Shown: one piece after another, positions 55,894 to 64,000 of the stretch
Layout: each line of letters opens with the position of its first letter
Position numbering within the stretch: position 1 is the stretch's first letter
Source: a virus
Strand: one strand, 5' to 3'
DNA: 64,000 nucleotides
Virus record (IMG/VR): IMGVR_UViG_3300049734_000086
Location: 1 to 64,000 of that record
Made by a program: the position numbers and the translations under genes
The notes under the pieces: generated by a model
What the model was told of the DNA's origin: nothing
The model's input: the letters and a program-made list of their open reading frames with translations, nothing else
The model's database searches: none

Positions 55894-56086
55894 ACTCTGA
55901 GGGTTCAGCCAGTGGTCTACACTGCACTGGCCCTATAATCCTGCAGCATGTCTCAGGGCCCTGCAGTGGCCAGTACCAGAGGAATAGCAGGCCACAGAAG
56001 TTAATGGCCTGCCACTGCTCCACAGCTACTGTGATTGGGGATCCTAGGTTGGTCCTGTAGGTCAAGAGCTTAGGCTCGATTCTCAT
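55892..56086 (-). CDS. small protein in CG-free island
   Basis: ATGA-coupled; ends at terminator. Confidence 0.5.
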   Translation of the reverse strand: MRIEPKLLTYRTNLGSPITVAVEQWQAINFCGLLFLWYWPLQGPETCCRIIGPVQCRPLAEPSE

Positions 56087-56205
56087 CTCAGCACCTTGAT
56101 TGCTGGCATGTGCTTAGCCTGCCACTGGTCTACAGCCTGCCTTGCCCCAGTTGCCAGCATGGCAGCCAGGGCAACTAGGACAAGGCCCAGTGTTAGAGTT
56201 TTCAT
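56083..56205 (-). CDS. small hydrophobic peptide (40 aa), not in ORF track
   Basis: MKTLTLGLVLVALAAMLATGARQAVDQWQAKHMPAIKVLR; GGGAG RBS. Confidence 0.6.
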   Translation of the reverse strand: MKTLTLGLVLVALAAMLATGARQAVDQWQAKHMPAIKVLR

Positions 56206-56224
56206 TCTGTTCTCCCTTGGGTTG

Positions 56225-56276
56225 GTCAGACTGACCTAGCTGGGTTCTCTGCCTTTGGTACTGCCCCTGAGAGTGC
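56225..56276. repeat. inverted repeat, left arm
   Basis: 56249-56276 is the exact reverse complement of 56851-56878; 56225-56237 matches 56888-56900. Confidence 0.95.
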
Positions 56277-56458
56277 AGGTTAACTACTCTGACTCTGTGC
56301 CCCTGATCTCTAGCCAGTGGGTTGTACTGGCAGCCTTGATTGCCTCTGCAGGCCTTGCCATGGTTAGCAAGTCTGGTTGTTCGTCTGCTCTGTAGCACAG
56401 GCCACAGTAGCATCTAAGGGCCTGTAGTCTGGCCTTGGGGGTTCTCGACTGCAGCTTG

Positions 56459-56824
56459 CTACTTGAGCTTTGCTGTGATCTCAACATTGTCCAAGGTCCA
56501 GACTTGCCCTTTGTGACAAGGCAGGTTGGCCAGTGCTCTGTTGATGGCTGCAACCTGGTTAGCTGCTAGCTGCTTTGGCTGGAGGTAGTAGTTGTCCCCA
56601 TACTGGGAGGCAGCCTTGAGATCTGAGGCAAGTTCGGCACCCTGAAAAATCATAGAGTGCTTCTTCTTCCCCTTCTCCCCTGCCTTGGTTGCCTCTGTCC
56701 TAGCTGGCACCTTGCCCTTGGCTTGGACTGCCTTGCCCTTGCCCTTGGCTTGGACTGCCTTGACTGCCTTGCCCTTGCCCTTGCCCTTGTTCGACACTGC
56801 CTTAACTGGATTCTGCTTAGCCAT
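56459..56824 (-). CDS. Lys-rich putative nucleic-acid-binding protein
   Basis: KGKGKAVQA repeats; AGGAG RBS. Confidence 0.75.
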   Translation of the reverse strand: MAKQNPVKAVSNKGKGKGKAVKAVQAKGKGKAVQAKGKVPARTEATKAGEKGKKKHSMIFQGAELASDLKAASQYGDNYYLQPKQLAANQVAAINRALANLPCHKGQVWTLDNVEITAKLK

Positions 56825-56850
56825 TGGTCTCTACTCCTGAAATCTGAAAA

Positions 56851-56900
56851 GCACTCTCAGGGGCAGTACCAAAGGCAGGAACCTGTAAGGTCAGTCTGAC
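56851..56900. repeat. inverted repeat, right arm
   Basis: Partner of 56225-56276. Confidence 0.95.
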
Positions 56901-56906
56901 TTAGGT

Positions 56907-56975
56907 ATTCAGTTGTAAAGAGCATAGGCAGCCTACCATAGGCCTAGGAGGTCAGATGTTAAATCCATGTTAAAT
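56907..56975 (-). promoter_or_regulatory. promoter plus boxA-like element
   Basis: ATTTAACAT twice; TTAACA-16-TATGGT; TGCTCTTTACAACTGAAT. Confidence 0.5.
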
Positions 56976-57024
56976 GTGGCCTAGGTGGTCAGACTGTGCA
57001 GTCTGGCCTAGCTGGCCAGTTCTC

Positions 57025-57300
57025 GGCAGCCAGGGCCAGGGCCAGACATGGCAGCCAGGGCCCTAGGATGGCCCTAGGATGGCCAGGGCCAGGACACTAG
57101 CAGTCTGGCCAGGGAGGCAGCCAGGGCCCAAGGGCCAGGGCCAGGGCCCAAGGGCCAGGGCCAGGGCCCAAGGGCCAGGGCCCAAGGGCCAGGGCCAGGG
57201 CCAGGGCCAGGGCCAGGGAGGCAGGGAGGCAGGGAGGCACCATTGATCAGAGTTGGCAGCCAGGGCCAGGGCCAGGGCAGTAGTAGCAGTAGCAGGGCCC
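57025..57300 (+). repeat. (GGGCCA)n tandem array with GGGCCCAA and GGGAGGCA variants
   Basis: Directly visible; more than 20 GGG tracts. Confidence 0.95.
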
Positions 57301-57580
57301 TGAGACGCCCGTCACCACGCCCCACCGTCCCGCTGACGGCCAGGGTACGATTCGTCAATCGGGCAGCCAGGACCGCAGCCAGGACCGCCCGCGCACGCCC
57401 CAGACCCAAGCCCTACCGCTAGTGGTCCGGGCCGCTAAACCCCCCTACATTGTGGGACTTCCCACGGTCGGGCTTTCCCTCATACACTGCCGCTCGTTCC
57501 CATGCGACGGTCTCTCAATCGTCACGCTGGCCGCCCCACCTCTGCCCGGTCAGCGCCGCCCCTTCCCTGGAGCTACGTAC

Positions 57581-58135
57581 ATGCCGCGACACGCTTCGAC
57601 CAACGCCGACGACATCGACGCTCGGCGATCTCAGTACGCACCCGAGGACTTCATCATCCCGAGCAAGGACCATAAGGGCGACTCGGTGCGCGTCTGGAAC
57701 CGGATCCAACCGGGCCACGACCGCGCCGTGGCCGTCATCGTCGGCAGTAAGCGGTTCCCCTTCAAGACCCCTGGTGACTGCGTGCGCTGGTGCATCCATC
57801 GTGGGCTCAAGACCCTGGAGCAGATGGAGCCGGTCCCCAGCGTCACCCAGCAGCTCGACGCGATGATGGGGGCGCTGCGTGACGAGGAGTTCCACCAGGA
57901 GTTCCAGACCTTCATCCAGCACGCGCAGTCGGTGATCCAGCGCCACGTGACCGAGGGGTCGCACGGAGAGGCCCGGCGGCTCATCGCCACGCTCAAGGCG
58001 GAGGTCCTGAAGATGCCCAAGGGCTACTGGCGCGAGAAGTACCTCACGGCGATCCAGAGTCAGTTCAAGCACATCCTCGACGAGAAGCGGGCGCGCGTCC
58101 ACCTGCTCCGCGCCGTCGACGAGGACGAGTCGTGA
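57581..58135 (+). CDS. putative DNA-binding regulator
   Basis: GGAG RBS; FKTPGDCVRWCI.RGL (RHH-like, weak). Confidence 0.55.
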   Translation: MPRHASTNADDIDARRSQYAPEDFIIPSKDHKGDSVRVWNRIQPGHDRAVAVIVGSKRFPFKTPGDCVRWCIHRGLKTLEQMEPVPSVTQQLDAMMGALRDEEFHQEFQTFIQHAQSVIQRHVTEGSHGEARRLIATLKAEVLKMPKGYWREKYLTAIQSQFKHILDEKRARVHLLRAVDEDES

Positions 58136-58272
58136 ACTGGCTCCTCCTCTTTGCCTTCCTCGGTCTGATCTTCCAGGCCGTCAGTCCACTGGCGGTGATC
58201 CAGGACATGCTCATCCTGCTGGCGGCGGTGCTGCTGGTGCTGGCGGTGAGTGGGAGGAAGCCATGGGCGTGA
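58132..58272 (+). CDS. small membrane protein, not in ORF track
   Basis: GTGA-coupled; two hydrophobic segments. Confidence 0.5.
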   Translation: MNWLLLFAFLGLIFQAVSPLAVIQDMLILLAAVLLVLAVSGRKPWA

Positions 58273-58499
58273 GGAACAAGGCCGAATGGGCGGCCGAGAT
58301 GAACGGGGTCGCCGCCATTGTCCATCAGGCGATTCGTGGCGGGATGCGACTGGGACTGAGCCGGGAAGCGGCGGCGCTGGGGGCCCAGATCGGGGTCCTC
58401 AGCTTCATGCGCGTGGATGGCGTGAACGAGGACGATGTGATTCGGGAGGCCAAGAAGGCAGTGCCGGTCGGGCCTCCCGGACGGGTGACGCAGGTATGA
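58263..58499 (+). CDS. hypothetical protein
   Basis: GGAGG RBS. Confidence 0.6.
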   Translation: MGVRNKAEWAAEMNGVAAIVHQAIRGGMRLGLSREAAALGAQIGVLSFMRVDGVNEDDVIREAKKAVPVGPPGRVTQV

Positions 58500-58515
58500 C
58501 CGGCGGCGACGGCCG

Positions 58516-58743
58516 ATGACCACGGTGACCACGGAGACCAGTATGACTGCCGATGAAGCACGCAACGCAACGATCGAGGCCCTGGTGCGGGAGGTGGATT
58601 ACCTGCTCCCCAACGACTATCCGGCGTGGCTCGAACTCGCCCGTCGCGCCGTTACCACTGAGCGCAAGATCGAGAGCATCGAGGCCCGGGTCACGGCGGC
58701 CCTGACCGAGCTGGTGGATGCCGGGTACGGCCACGGTGTCTGA
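58516..58743 (+). CDS. hypothetical protein
   Basis: Operon context. Confidence 0.55.
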   Translation: MTTVTTETSMTADEARNATIEALVREVDYLLPNDYPAWLELARRAVTTERKIESIEARVTAALTELVDAGYGHGV

Positions 58744-58745
58744 CC

Positions 58746-60458
58746 GTGCGTAGTCGCCAAGTCTATGCCCGCTACCAGCGGCCCAGGGAACCTCTCTTCC
58801 CGCCGCCCAACCTCCTCGGAGCGCCCCAGCGGTTCGCCGAGTGGCGGGCCTTCCAGGACCAAGCCATCTGGGACGCCAGTGAGGCCGACGCCCGCTTCGT
58901 CATGCAGGTCGTGCCCACAGGCGCGGGGAAGTCGCTCATCTACACGATGCTGGCCGTGCTCCTCAAGGCCCGCACCATGGTGCTGACCCGGACCAAGGCC
59001 CTGCAGGACCAACTGACGCGGGACTTCGCCTCCATCGGCCTCAAGTCCATCAAGGGCATGAACGCCTACGTCTGCAACGCCATGCAGCCCGGTGGGGAAC
59101 TCTACGGCATCTTCGGCCAGCAGCAGATCAAGGCCGGGCACATCATCGGCTGCGACGAGGGGCCGTGTCGTGTGGGGGCCCACTGCACACTGAAATCCGG
59201 GGGGTGCGACTACTACGATGATGTCGAGCGGGTGAAGCAGGCAGCGTTGGGGGTCTCCAACTACACCTACTGGATGCACCAGCACAAACACGGCAAGGGA
59301 CTCGGCAAGTACGATCTGTTGGTCCTGGACGAAGCCCACGACGCGCCCGACGCCCTCTCCGAGTTCCTGACCGTGAGCCTGGAGGCGTGGCAGTTGGCCA
59401 AGATGGGAGCCCAGCCCCTCGACGGGGACGCCGACTACGACCAGTGGGCGCAGTGGGCCGGGCACTACTGGGTGAAGATCGCGGGCAAGGCCGAGCAACT
59501 GGCCATGGAGATCAGACAGGCCCACTCCGAGCGCCGCAGGGTCAACATGGCCGACGTGGGGGAAGCCAGGATCCTGGGCCAGCTCTCGACCATCCTGGAC
59601 ACCATCCGCAAGATGGACAGCACGTGGGTCTGCTACACCAGGACCGAGCCGAAGAAGCAGTGGGTGTTCACGCCCGCATGGCCCGCGCCGTGGGCCGAGA
59701 AGTCCCTGTTCCTGGGCATCCCCCGGATCATCCTGACCTCGGCGACCGTGCGCCCCAAGACGGCTCACTACCTGGGCATCCAGGACAAGGACCTGCACCT
59801 GACCGAGTACCCGGCGATCTTCCCGGCAGGCCGCCGTCCCGTGGTCCACATCCCCACGGCCCGGGTCGTCCACACCTGGGAGCACACCGCCCAGCGCAGG
59901 TGGCTGGCGCGCATCGACCAGATCCTTGCCGCGCGCCCGGATCGCAAGGGCATCATCCACACGGTGTCCTACGCGCGGGCCAAGCAAATCTACTTGAACT
60001 CGGAGCACCGGGAGCGCATGATTACGCACTCGACGGAAGGCACCCGGCTCGCCATCACCAAATTCAAGCAGGCCGACCAGGACTCCGGCAAGGTCCTGGT
60101 GAGCCCAAGTGTGACCACGGGGTACGACTTCCCGTACGAGGAATGCGAGTTTCAGATCATCGTCAAGATCCCGTTCCCCGACTCGCGGGATCCGGTCCTC
60201 AAGGCCAGACAGGCCAGCGATGCGGAGTACGGGATGTATCAGACCCTGCAGACCCTGGTCCAGGAGTGCGGACGGGGGATGCGGGCCGAGGACGACTACT
60301 GCGAGACCTTCATCATCGACGATCTGGTCAAGTGGGCCGTCTGGCGGCACAAGCATCTGGTGCCCGAATGGTTCCTGGGCACCCTGAAAACCGTGGAGGT
60401 GATTCCGGCACCGCCCCCACGGATCAACCGGAAGCGTGCCGGTGACACTGAGGAGTGA
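58746..60458 (+). CDS. DinG/XPD-like SF2 helicase
   Basis: PTGAGKS, ALQDQL, four Cys (putative Fe-S), LDEAH, TSAT, TGYDFP, QECGRGMR. Confidence 0.88.
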   Translation: MRSRQVYARYQRPREPLFPPPNLLGAPQRFAEWRAFQDQAIWDASEADARFVMQVVPTGAGKSLIYTMLAVLLKARTMVLTRTKALQDQLTRDFASIGLKSIKGMNAYVCNAMQPGGELYGIFGQQQIKAGHIIGCDEGPCRVGAHCTLKSGGCDYYDDVERVKQAALGVSNYTYWMHQHKHGKGLGKYDLLVLDEAHDAPDALSEFLTVSLEAWQLAKMGAQPLDGDADYDQWAQWAGHYWVKIAGKAEQLAMEIRQAHSERRRVNMADVGEARILGQLSTILDTIRKMDSTWVCYTRTEPKKQWVFTPAWPAPWAEKSLFLGIPRIILTSATVRPKTAHYLGIQDKDLHLTEYPAIFPAGRRPVVHIPTARVVHTWEHTAQRRWLARIDQILAARPDRKGIIHTVSYARAKQIYLNSEHRERMITHSTEGTRLAITKFKQADQDSGKVLVSPSVTTGYDFPYEECEFQIIVKIPFPDSRDPVLKARQASDAEYGMYQTLQTLVQECGRGMRAEDDYCETFIIDDLVKWAVWRHKHLVPEWFLGTLKTVEVIPAPPPRINRKRAGDTEE

Positions 60459-60463
60459 ATCGC

Positions 60464-61294
60464 ATGGCGAAAAATGAGAAGCGCGTCTCCCTGCGGCCCG
60501 AGGATGCCGTCCAGGGCGGGCTGATCGAAGACGTGGATGTCACGTTCAAGGCAGCGGGGTTTCAGTTGTTCGACTACAACGGCAAGGCCGATCCGTGGGT
60601 CTGCCTCCGCATCGACATGGAGGACAGTGAAGGGGATCTGCACGAGCAGTTCTTCTCGGCGGCCAACCCCGATCACTTCGCGCCCTCCAGCGATGGGGAC
60701 TACATCGTCTCGACCGGCGAGAAGGGATCACTGAACAAGGGCTCGAATTACATCGAGTTCATGACCTCGCTGATCAACGCGGGATTCCCCTCCCCGGCGT
60801 TGGACGAGGGGATCAGTGCCATCGTGGGGACCAAGGTCCACGTGGTCCGCAGGCCCGCGACCGTGCGCCGGGGGATCATCAATCAGGCCGGTGGGGAGAA
60901 CCAGCGCGAGAAGACTGTGTTGGAAGTGAGCAAGATCCTGGAGCTGCCCGAGGCCTTGAGGGGGAAGGGTGCGAAGGCGGCGAAGGGGGGTACCAAGACC
61001 ACGACGGCTACCGCGAGTGGGAAGACCAACGGCAAGGCCAAGCAGGTCGAGGAGAGCGAGCTGGACGAGGACGATGTGACGTTGGCCGAGTACGTCAAGG
61101 AGCTGCTGGCGGAGGCGGACGGTGAGGACATCAAGGTGACCGATCTGGTCCAGAAGGTCTTCGCCGGGTACCCGAAGGGGGAGAACAAGAAGGCCGCCAC
61201 CAAGCGGGTGATCAAGGAGGACTTCCTGCAGGCGGCGGCGTCGGCTGGGTACTTCCTCTACGCTGACGGGGAAGTGTCGGCGGTCCCGGAGTAA
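60464..61294 (+). CDS. replication/recombination protein (possible ssDNA-binding)
   Basis: Beta-rich N-terminus, acidic C-terminus; between helicase and nuclease. Confidence 0.4.
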   Translation: MAKNEKRVSLRPEDAVQGGLIEDVDVTFKAAGFQLFDYNGKADPWVCLRIDMEDSEGDLHEQFFSAANPDHFAPSSDGDYIVSTGEKGSLNKGSNYIEFMTSLINAGFPSPALDEGISAIVGTKVHVVRRPATVRRGIINQAGGENQREKTVLEVSKILELPEALRGKGAKAAKGGTKTTTATASGKTNGKAKQVEESELDEDDVTLAEYVKELLAEADGEDIKVTDLVQKVFAGYPKGENKKAATKRVIKEDFLQAAASAGYFLYADGEVSAVPE

Positions 61295-61391
61295 GGCGAA
61301 GGATGCTGAGGGGGTCGGGGCTAATTGTTCGGCCCCAGACCCCCGTTCGTCACCCACGGCCCACAAGGTCAGTCTCCCCCAACGAGACCCC

Positions 61392-62036
61392 ATGCTCATC
61401 GTCCCGCGCGCCGAGCCTCTGCCTACACTCCCCCGGACGGCGCGGCCGTACCGCGACCCCGGCATCCACGTCTCGGCCATCATCAAGGACCTGTGCGTGG
61501 CCCTGGACCCCGAGCGGTTCGGGGACAACAAGACCGAGCGGCAACAAGCAGCGGACGGGCGGGACGAGTTCTACGAGGACCTGGAAGAGAACCCCAAGAT
61601 CTGGCTCGGGCAGGCGGTGGACCAGTACCTCACCGCTTGCCGCAGCCGGTCGGGGTCCCTGGCCTTCCGCCCCCTGGCCGTGAAGCACCAAGGCGTGTGG
61701 GCCAGCACCGATCTCATCGTCCTGACCGACGAGCCGCCACGGCCCAGGCTCCCGGGGGACTCAGACGACCTGCTGGTCGAGGAATTCAAACTGACCTGGA
61801 TGTCCGTCCGGTCTGGGATCGAGGACCGCAAGTTCGTTCATTGGTTCTGGCAGATCAAGTGGTACGCCTGGGTCCTAGAGACGGTGCGGGCCCGGCTGCG
61901 GGTCTACTTCGTCAACGGGGACTACGGGCCGCCGAGGCCGCAGTACCGGGTCTGGGATCTGCTGTTCACGTATCGGGAATTGGAGACCAACGCAATGATG
62001 TTGCTCGGGCACGCACGGAAGCGAGGCTTACTCTGA
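61392..62036 (+). CDS. PD-(D/E)XK exonuclease (Cas4/RecB-like)
   Basis: HVS, STD, EEFKLT, Q...Y. Confidence 0.75.
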   Translation: MLIVPRAEPLPTLPRTARPYRDPGIHVSAIIKDLCVALDPERFGDNKTERQQAADGRDEFYEDLEENPKIWLGQAVDQYLTACRSRSGSLAFRPLAVKHQGVWASTDLIVLTDEPPRPRLPGDSDDLLVEEFKLTWMSVRSGIEDRKFVHWFWQIKWYAWVLETVRARLRVYFVNGDYGPPRPQYRVWDLLFTYRELETNAMMLLGHARKRGLL

Positions 62037-62037
62037 C

Positions 62038-62877
62038 ATGGCCATCACCACGACGACTAGTACCAGTACCACCATCACCGCCCCCGCCGGGTCCTCGTTC
62101 AAGGAACTCAAGGAGGCCGATCCCCCGCGCCATCTCATCGCCGCCATCGACGGGCTCCCCCGGGAGGGCCGGACCCATTTCAGTCTGACCGCCCCGTACC
62201 CCCTGGCCTACATGCAGATGGACCCAGGGGGCGACGACGTGCTGCCGAAGTTCCTGCCCGGCGGCCCCTTCCACCGCAGCAAGTCCAAACTGTTCCACTC
62301 CGCCTACTACGTCGATGTGCGGCCGGGGCTCTCACCGCTGGAGGTGTCCAAGATCGCCAACGACATTTGGCTCCGCAGCGCCCAGGACTTCGAGGCGGCG
62401 CTCAAGACCATGCGGACCCTGGTGGTCGACACCGCCAGTGAGTGGTTCACGTGCCTGAAGCTGGCCCGGTTCGGCAAGCTCACCCAGGTCATGCCTGAGG
62501 ACTACGGCCCGGTCTACGCCGAGTTCCGCAGACTGATCCGCAAGGCCTACAACTACGAGTGCAACGTCCTGCTGCTGCACAAGCTCAAGGACGAGTACAC
62601 CCGGGACGAGAAGACCACCGACGGCAGTGGGAACAGTCGGCGGAAGCCTGGGAAGAAGACCGGCAATCTGGTCCGCGACGGGTGGAACGGGCTGAAGTAC
62701 GAGGTTCAGATCGAGGCCCGCTGCTTCAAGGACGAGGACCGGGAGTTCTGCCTGGAGGTGGTGAACTGCCGACAGCGGCCCGAGCTGGACGGCGAGGTGC
62801 TACCGCAGGAGATGTGCAACTTCCAGCAGTTGGCGATGCAGGTGTACCCCGGGACCAAGGAATCGGACTGGCGGTAA
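62038..62877 (+). CDS. AAA_24/Sak4-like ATPase
   Basis: GLPREGRT Walker A variant; LVVDT Walker B; next to exonuclease. Confidence 0.7.
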   Translation: MAITTTTSTSTTITAPAGSSFKELKEADPPRHLIAAIDGLPREGRTHFSLTAPYPLAYMQMDPGGDDVLPKFLPGGPFHRSKSKLFHSAYYVDVRPGLSPLEVSKIANDIWLRSAQDFEAALKTMRTLVVDTASEWFTCLKLARFGKLTQVMPEDYGPVYAEFRRLIRKAYNYECNVLLLHKLKDEYTRDEKTTDGSGNSRRKPGKKTGNLVRDGWNGLKYEVQIEARCFKDEDREFCLEVVNCRQRPELDGEVLPQEMCNFQQLAMQVYPGTKESDWR

Positions 62878-62897
62878 GGGAGAGGGGGCCGATAACC

Positions 62898-63470
62898 GTG
62901 CGCCACTACATCAAAGGGACCTTGTGGGACCGCTTCTGGGCCCGGGTACGTACAGGAGATCCCGACGAGTGCTGGCCATGGACGGGCGGGGTCTCCCTGG
63001 ACCGCCATGGGAACCCGAAGCGGGGGGTGGTCCGCGAGGCCGGGCAGGGATCGAGGCTTCTGCTCGCTCACCGGCTCGCCCTGGCCTTCGCCGGGTCTGG
63101 CCTGCCTGACTACGATCTGAAAGTCTTCCCCGAGGGGCCGAGGGCCGGGCAACAGCGGCTCGCCTGCCACGTGTGCAATAACCGGCTCTGTTGCAATAAT
63201 CTCCGGCACCTGTACTGGGGCACGGAGGAGGAGAACATCCATGACCGTATCCGTTGGCATCAGGAGCAACGGTACCGAGAGATCTTCATTGCCCTCTGCG
63301 GGCGCGAACCGACACCCGCAGAACTCCTGGCCGGAGTCGTGGCCGAAGATCCCGGTGATCGTGGTGGAGCAGTCGAGCAACAACAAGATCTCGGACCCCA
63401 AGGGCCGGGGGATGAGCACGACCTACGTGGCCCAGGACACCTGCCCGGAGAGCTGTCCGTTGAGGAATGA
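62898..63470 (+). CDS. HNH endonuclease
   Basis: RFW..V, CWPWTG, AHRLA, CH.CNN..CCN..HL.WGT..EN..D. Confidence 0.88.
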   Translation: MRHYIKGTLWDRFWARVRTGDPDECWPWTGGVSLDRHGNPKRGVVREAGQGSRLLLAHRLALAFAGSGLPDYDLKVFPEGPRAGQQRLACHVCNNRLCCNNLRHLYWGTEEENIHDRIRWHQEQRYREIFIALCGREPTPAELLAGVVAEDPGDRGGAVEQQQDLGPQGPGDEHDLRGPGHLPGELSVEE

Positions 63471-64000
63471 GGGGTGTTATGCCGAGACCGGGTGGGCGGG
63501 GCTGCAGACCTACCGGATCAACACGGTCCAGAAAGCCCTGCGGTGGAGTGTGACCAAGCTGGCCCAGGTGGAGGCCATGATGATCGGACGGCTGACCGGG
63601 ACCCGAAGGCTGAGAGCCCATGTCGTGGGCGACTGCTCGACGGTCATGGGAGCCAGACACGTCGGTGGGGCACTCAGGCGGCACGAGGCCAAGCACGGGA
63701 TGCGGGCCTGGACCTACACCCATGCGTGGCGCGAGGTGCATGCACTCGACTGGGCCGGGGCTCGAGTACTGGCCAGTTGCGGTACCGTGGGGGAGCTGCA
63801 GGAGGCGCACGACCGGATGTACGCGGCGACCGTCATCATTCCCAGGACCGAGAGCCGGAAAGCCTACCAGTCCGGTGGGTTCACCATCATCCCCTGCCCC
63901 GCGCAGTTCAAGGACGCCAGGACCGGCCAGCGGCAGACCACCTGTGAGCGGTGCAACTTGTGCTCGGACACCAAGCGGAACTGGGCCCGCAAGCGGGTAG
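63241..64000 (+). CDS. Cys-rich gp88/radical-SAM-like protein, partial, not in ORF track
   Basis: Open from ATG 63241 (GGAGGAG RBS) to window end; TCPESCPL...GCYA, RAHVVGD, WTYTH, CPAQ..TCERCNLC. Confidence 0.7.
   Translation, partial: MTVSVGIRSNGTERSSLPSAGANRHPQNSWPESWPKIPVIVVEQSSNNKISDPKGRGMSTTYVAQDTCPESCPLRNEGCYAETGWAGLQTYRINTVQKALRWSVTKLAQVEAMMIGRLTGTRRLRAHVVGDCSTVMGARHVGGALRRHEAKHGMRAWTYTHAWREVHALDWAGARVLASCGTVGELQEAHDRMYAATVIIPRTESRKAYQSGGFTIIPCPAQFKDARTGQRQTTCERCNLCSDTKRNWARKRV

Noticed and set aside
56284-56553. 89-aa ORF inside the inverted repeat
   Set aside because: Overlaps the Lys-rich gene and lacks a clear RBS; left uncalled
57025-57300. Possible CRISPR array
   Set aside because: 6-8 nt tandem units with no unique spacers; the Cas4-like nuclease sits in a recombination module
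55845-57305. Eukaryotic contamination explaining CG depletion
   Set aside because: Contains bacterial RBS-led coupled genes, an intrinsic terminator and motifs shared with the 40.2 kb promoter; read support should still be checked
57074-57409. ORF encoding PGPGPW repeats
   Set aside because: Translation of the tandem repeat; no RBS
1-64000. Integrase, DNA polymerase, primase, reverse transcriptase/DGR
   Set aside because: No supporting motifs in this window; they may lie outside it

Overview
The window is about 64 kb of a high-GC tailed dsDNA phage, probably a siphovirus (long tape measure, tail tube, no sheath); both window ends cut genes. Bases 1-39,960 are a minus-strand late region. In transcription order it carries terS, terL, a cold-shock-domain gene, portal, a neck protein, a lysis cassette (amidase plus several membrane proteins), scaffold, major capsid, a GT4-methyltransferase-GT2 fusion, adaptor/decoration/adhesin genes, tail completion, tail tube, a -1 frameshifted tail chaperone, tape measure and tail tip. 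Bases 40,200-55,800 are a plus-strand early operon with a ~1 kb structured non-coding leader, many small genes, a clamp-like protein, UvrD, RadC and a PAPS-reductase-like module. Bases 55,845-57,305 form an almost CG-free, counter-transcribed island with a boxA-like site, a ~50-bp long-range inverted repeat and a (GGGCCA)n array. From 57,580 on is a replication/recombination module (DinG-like helicase, PD-(D/E)XK nuclease, AAA ATPase, HNH, Cys-rich gp88-like protein). The most unusual signals are the CG-free island, a shared 14-aa N-terminal leader on three unrelated proteins, the structured leader RNA with a tRNA-like CCA end, a tail-completion domain split by a 14-nt gap, a dispersed CAGWCTG palindrome and a putative virion glycosylation system. 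All calls come from reading motifs by eye; no database searches were run.
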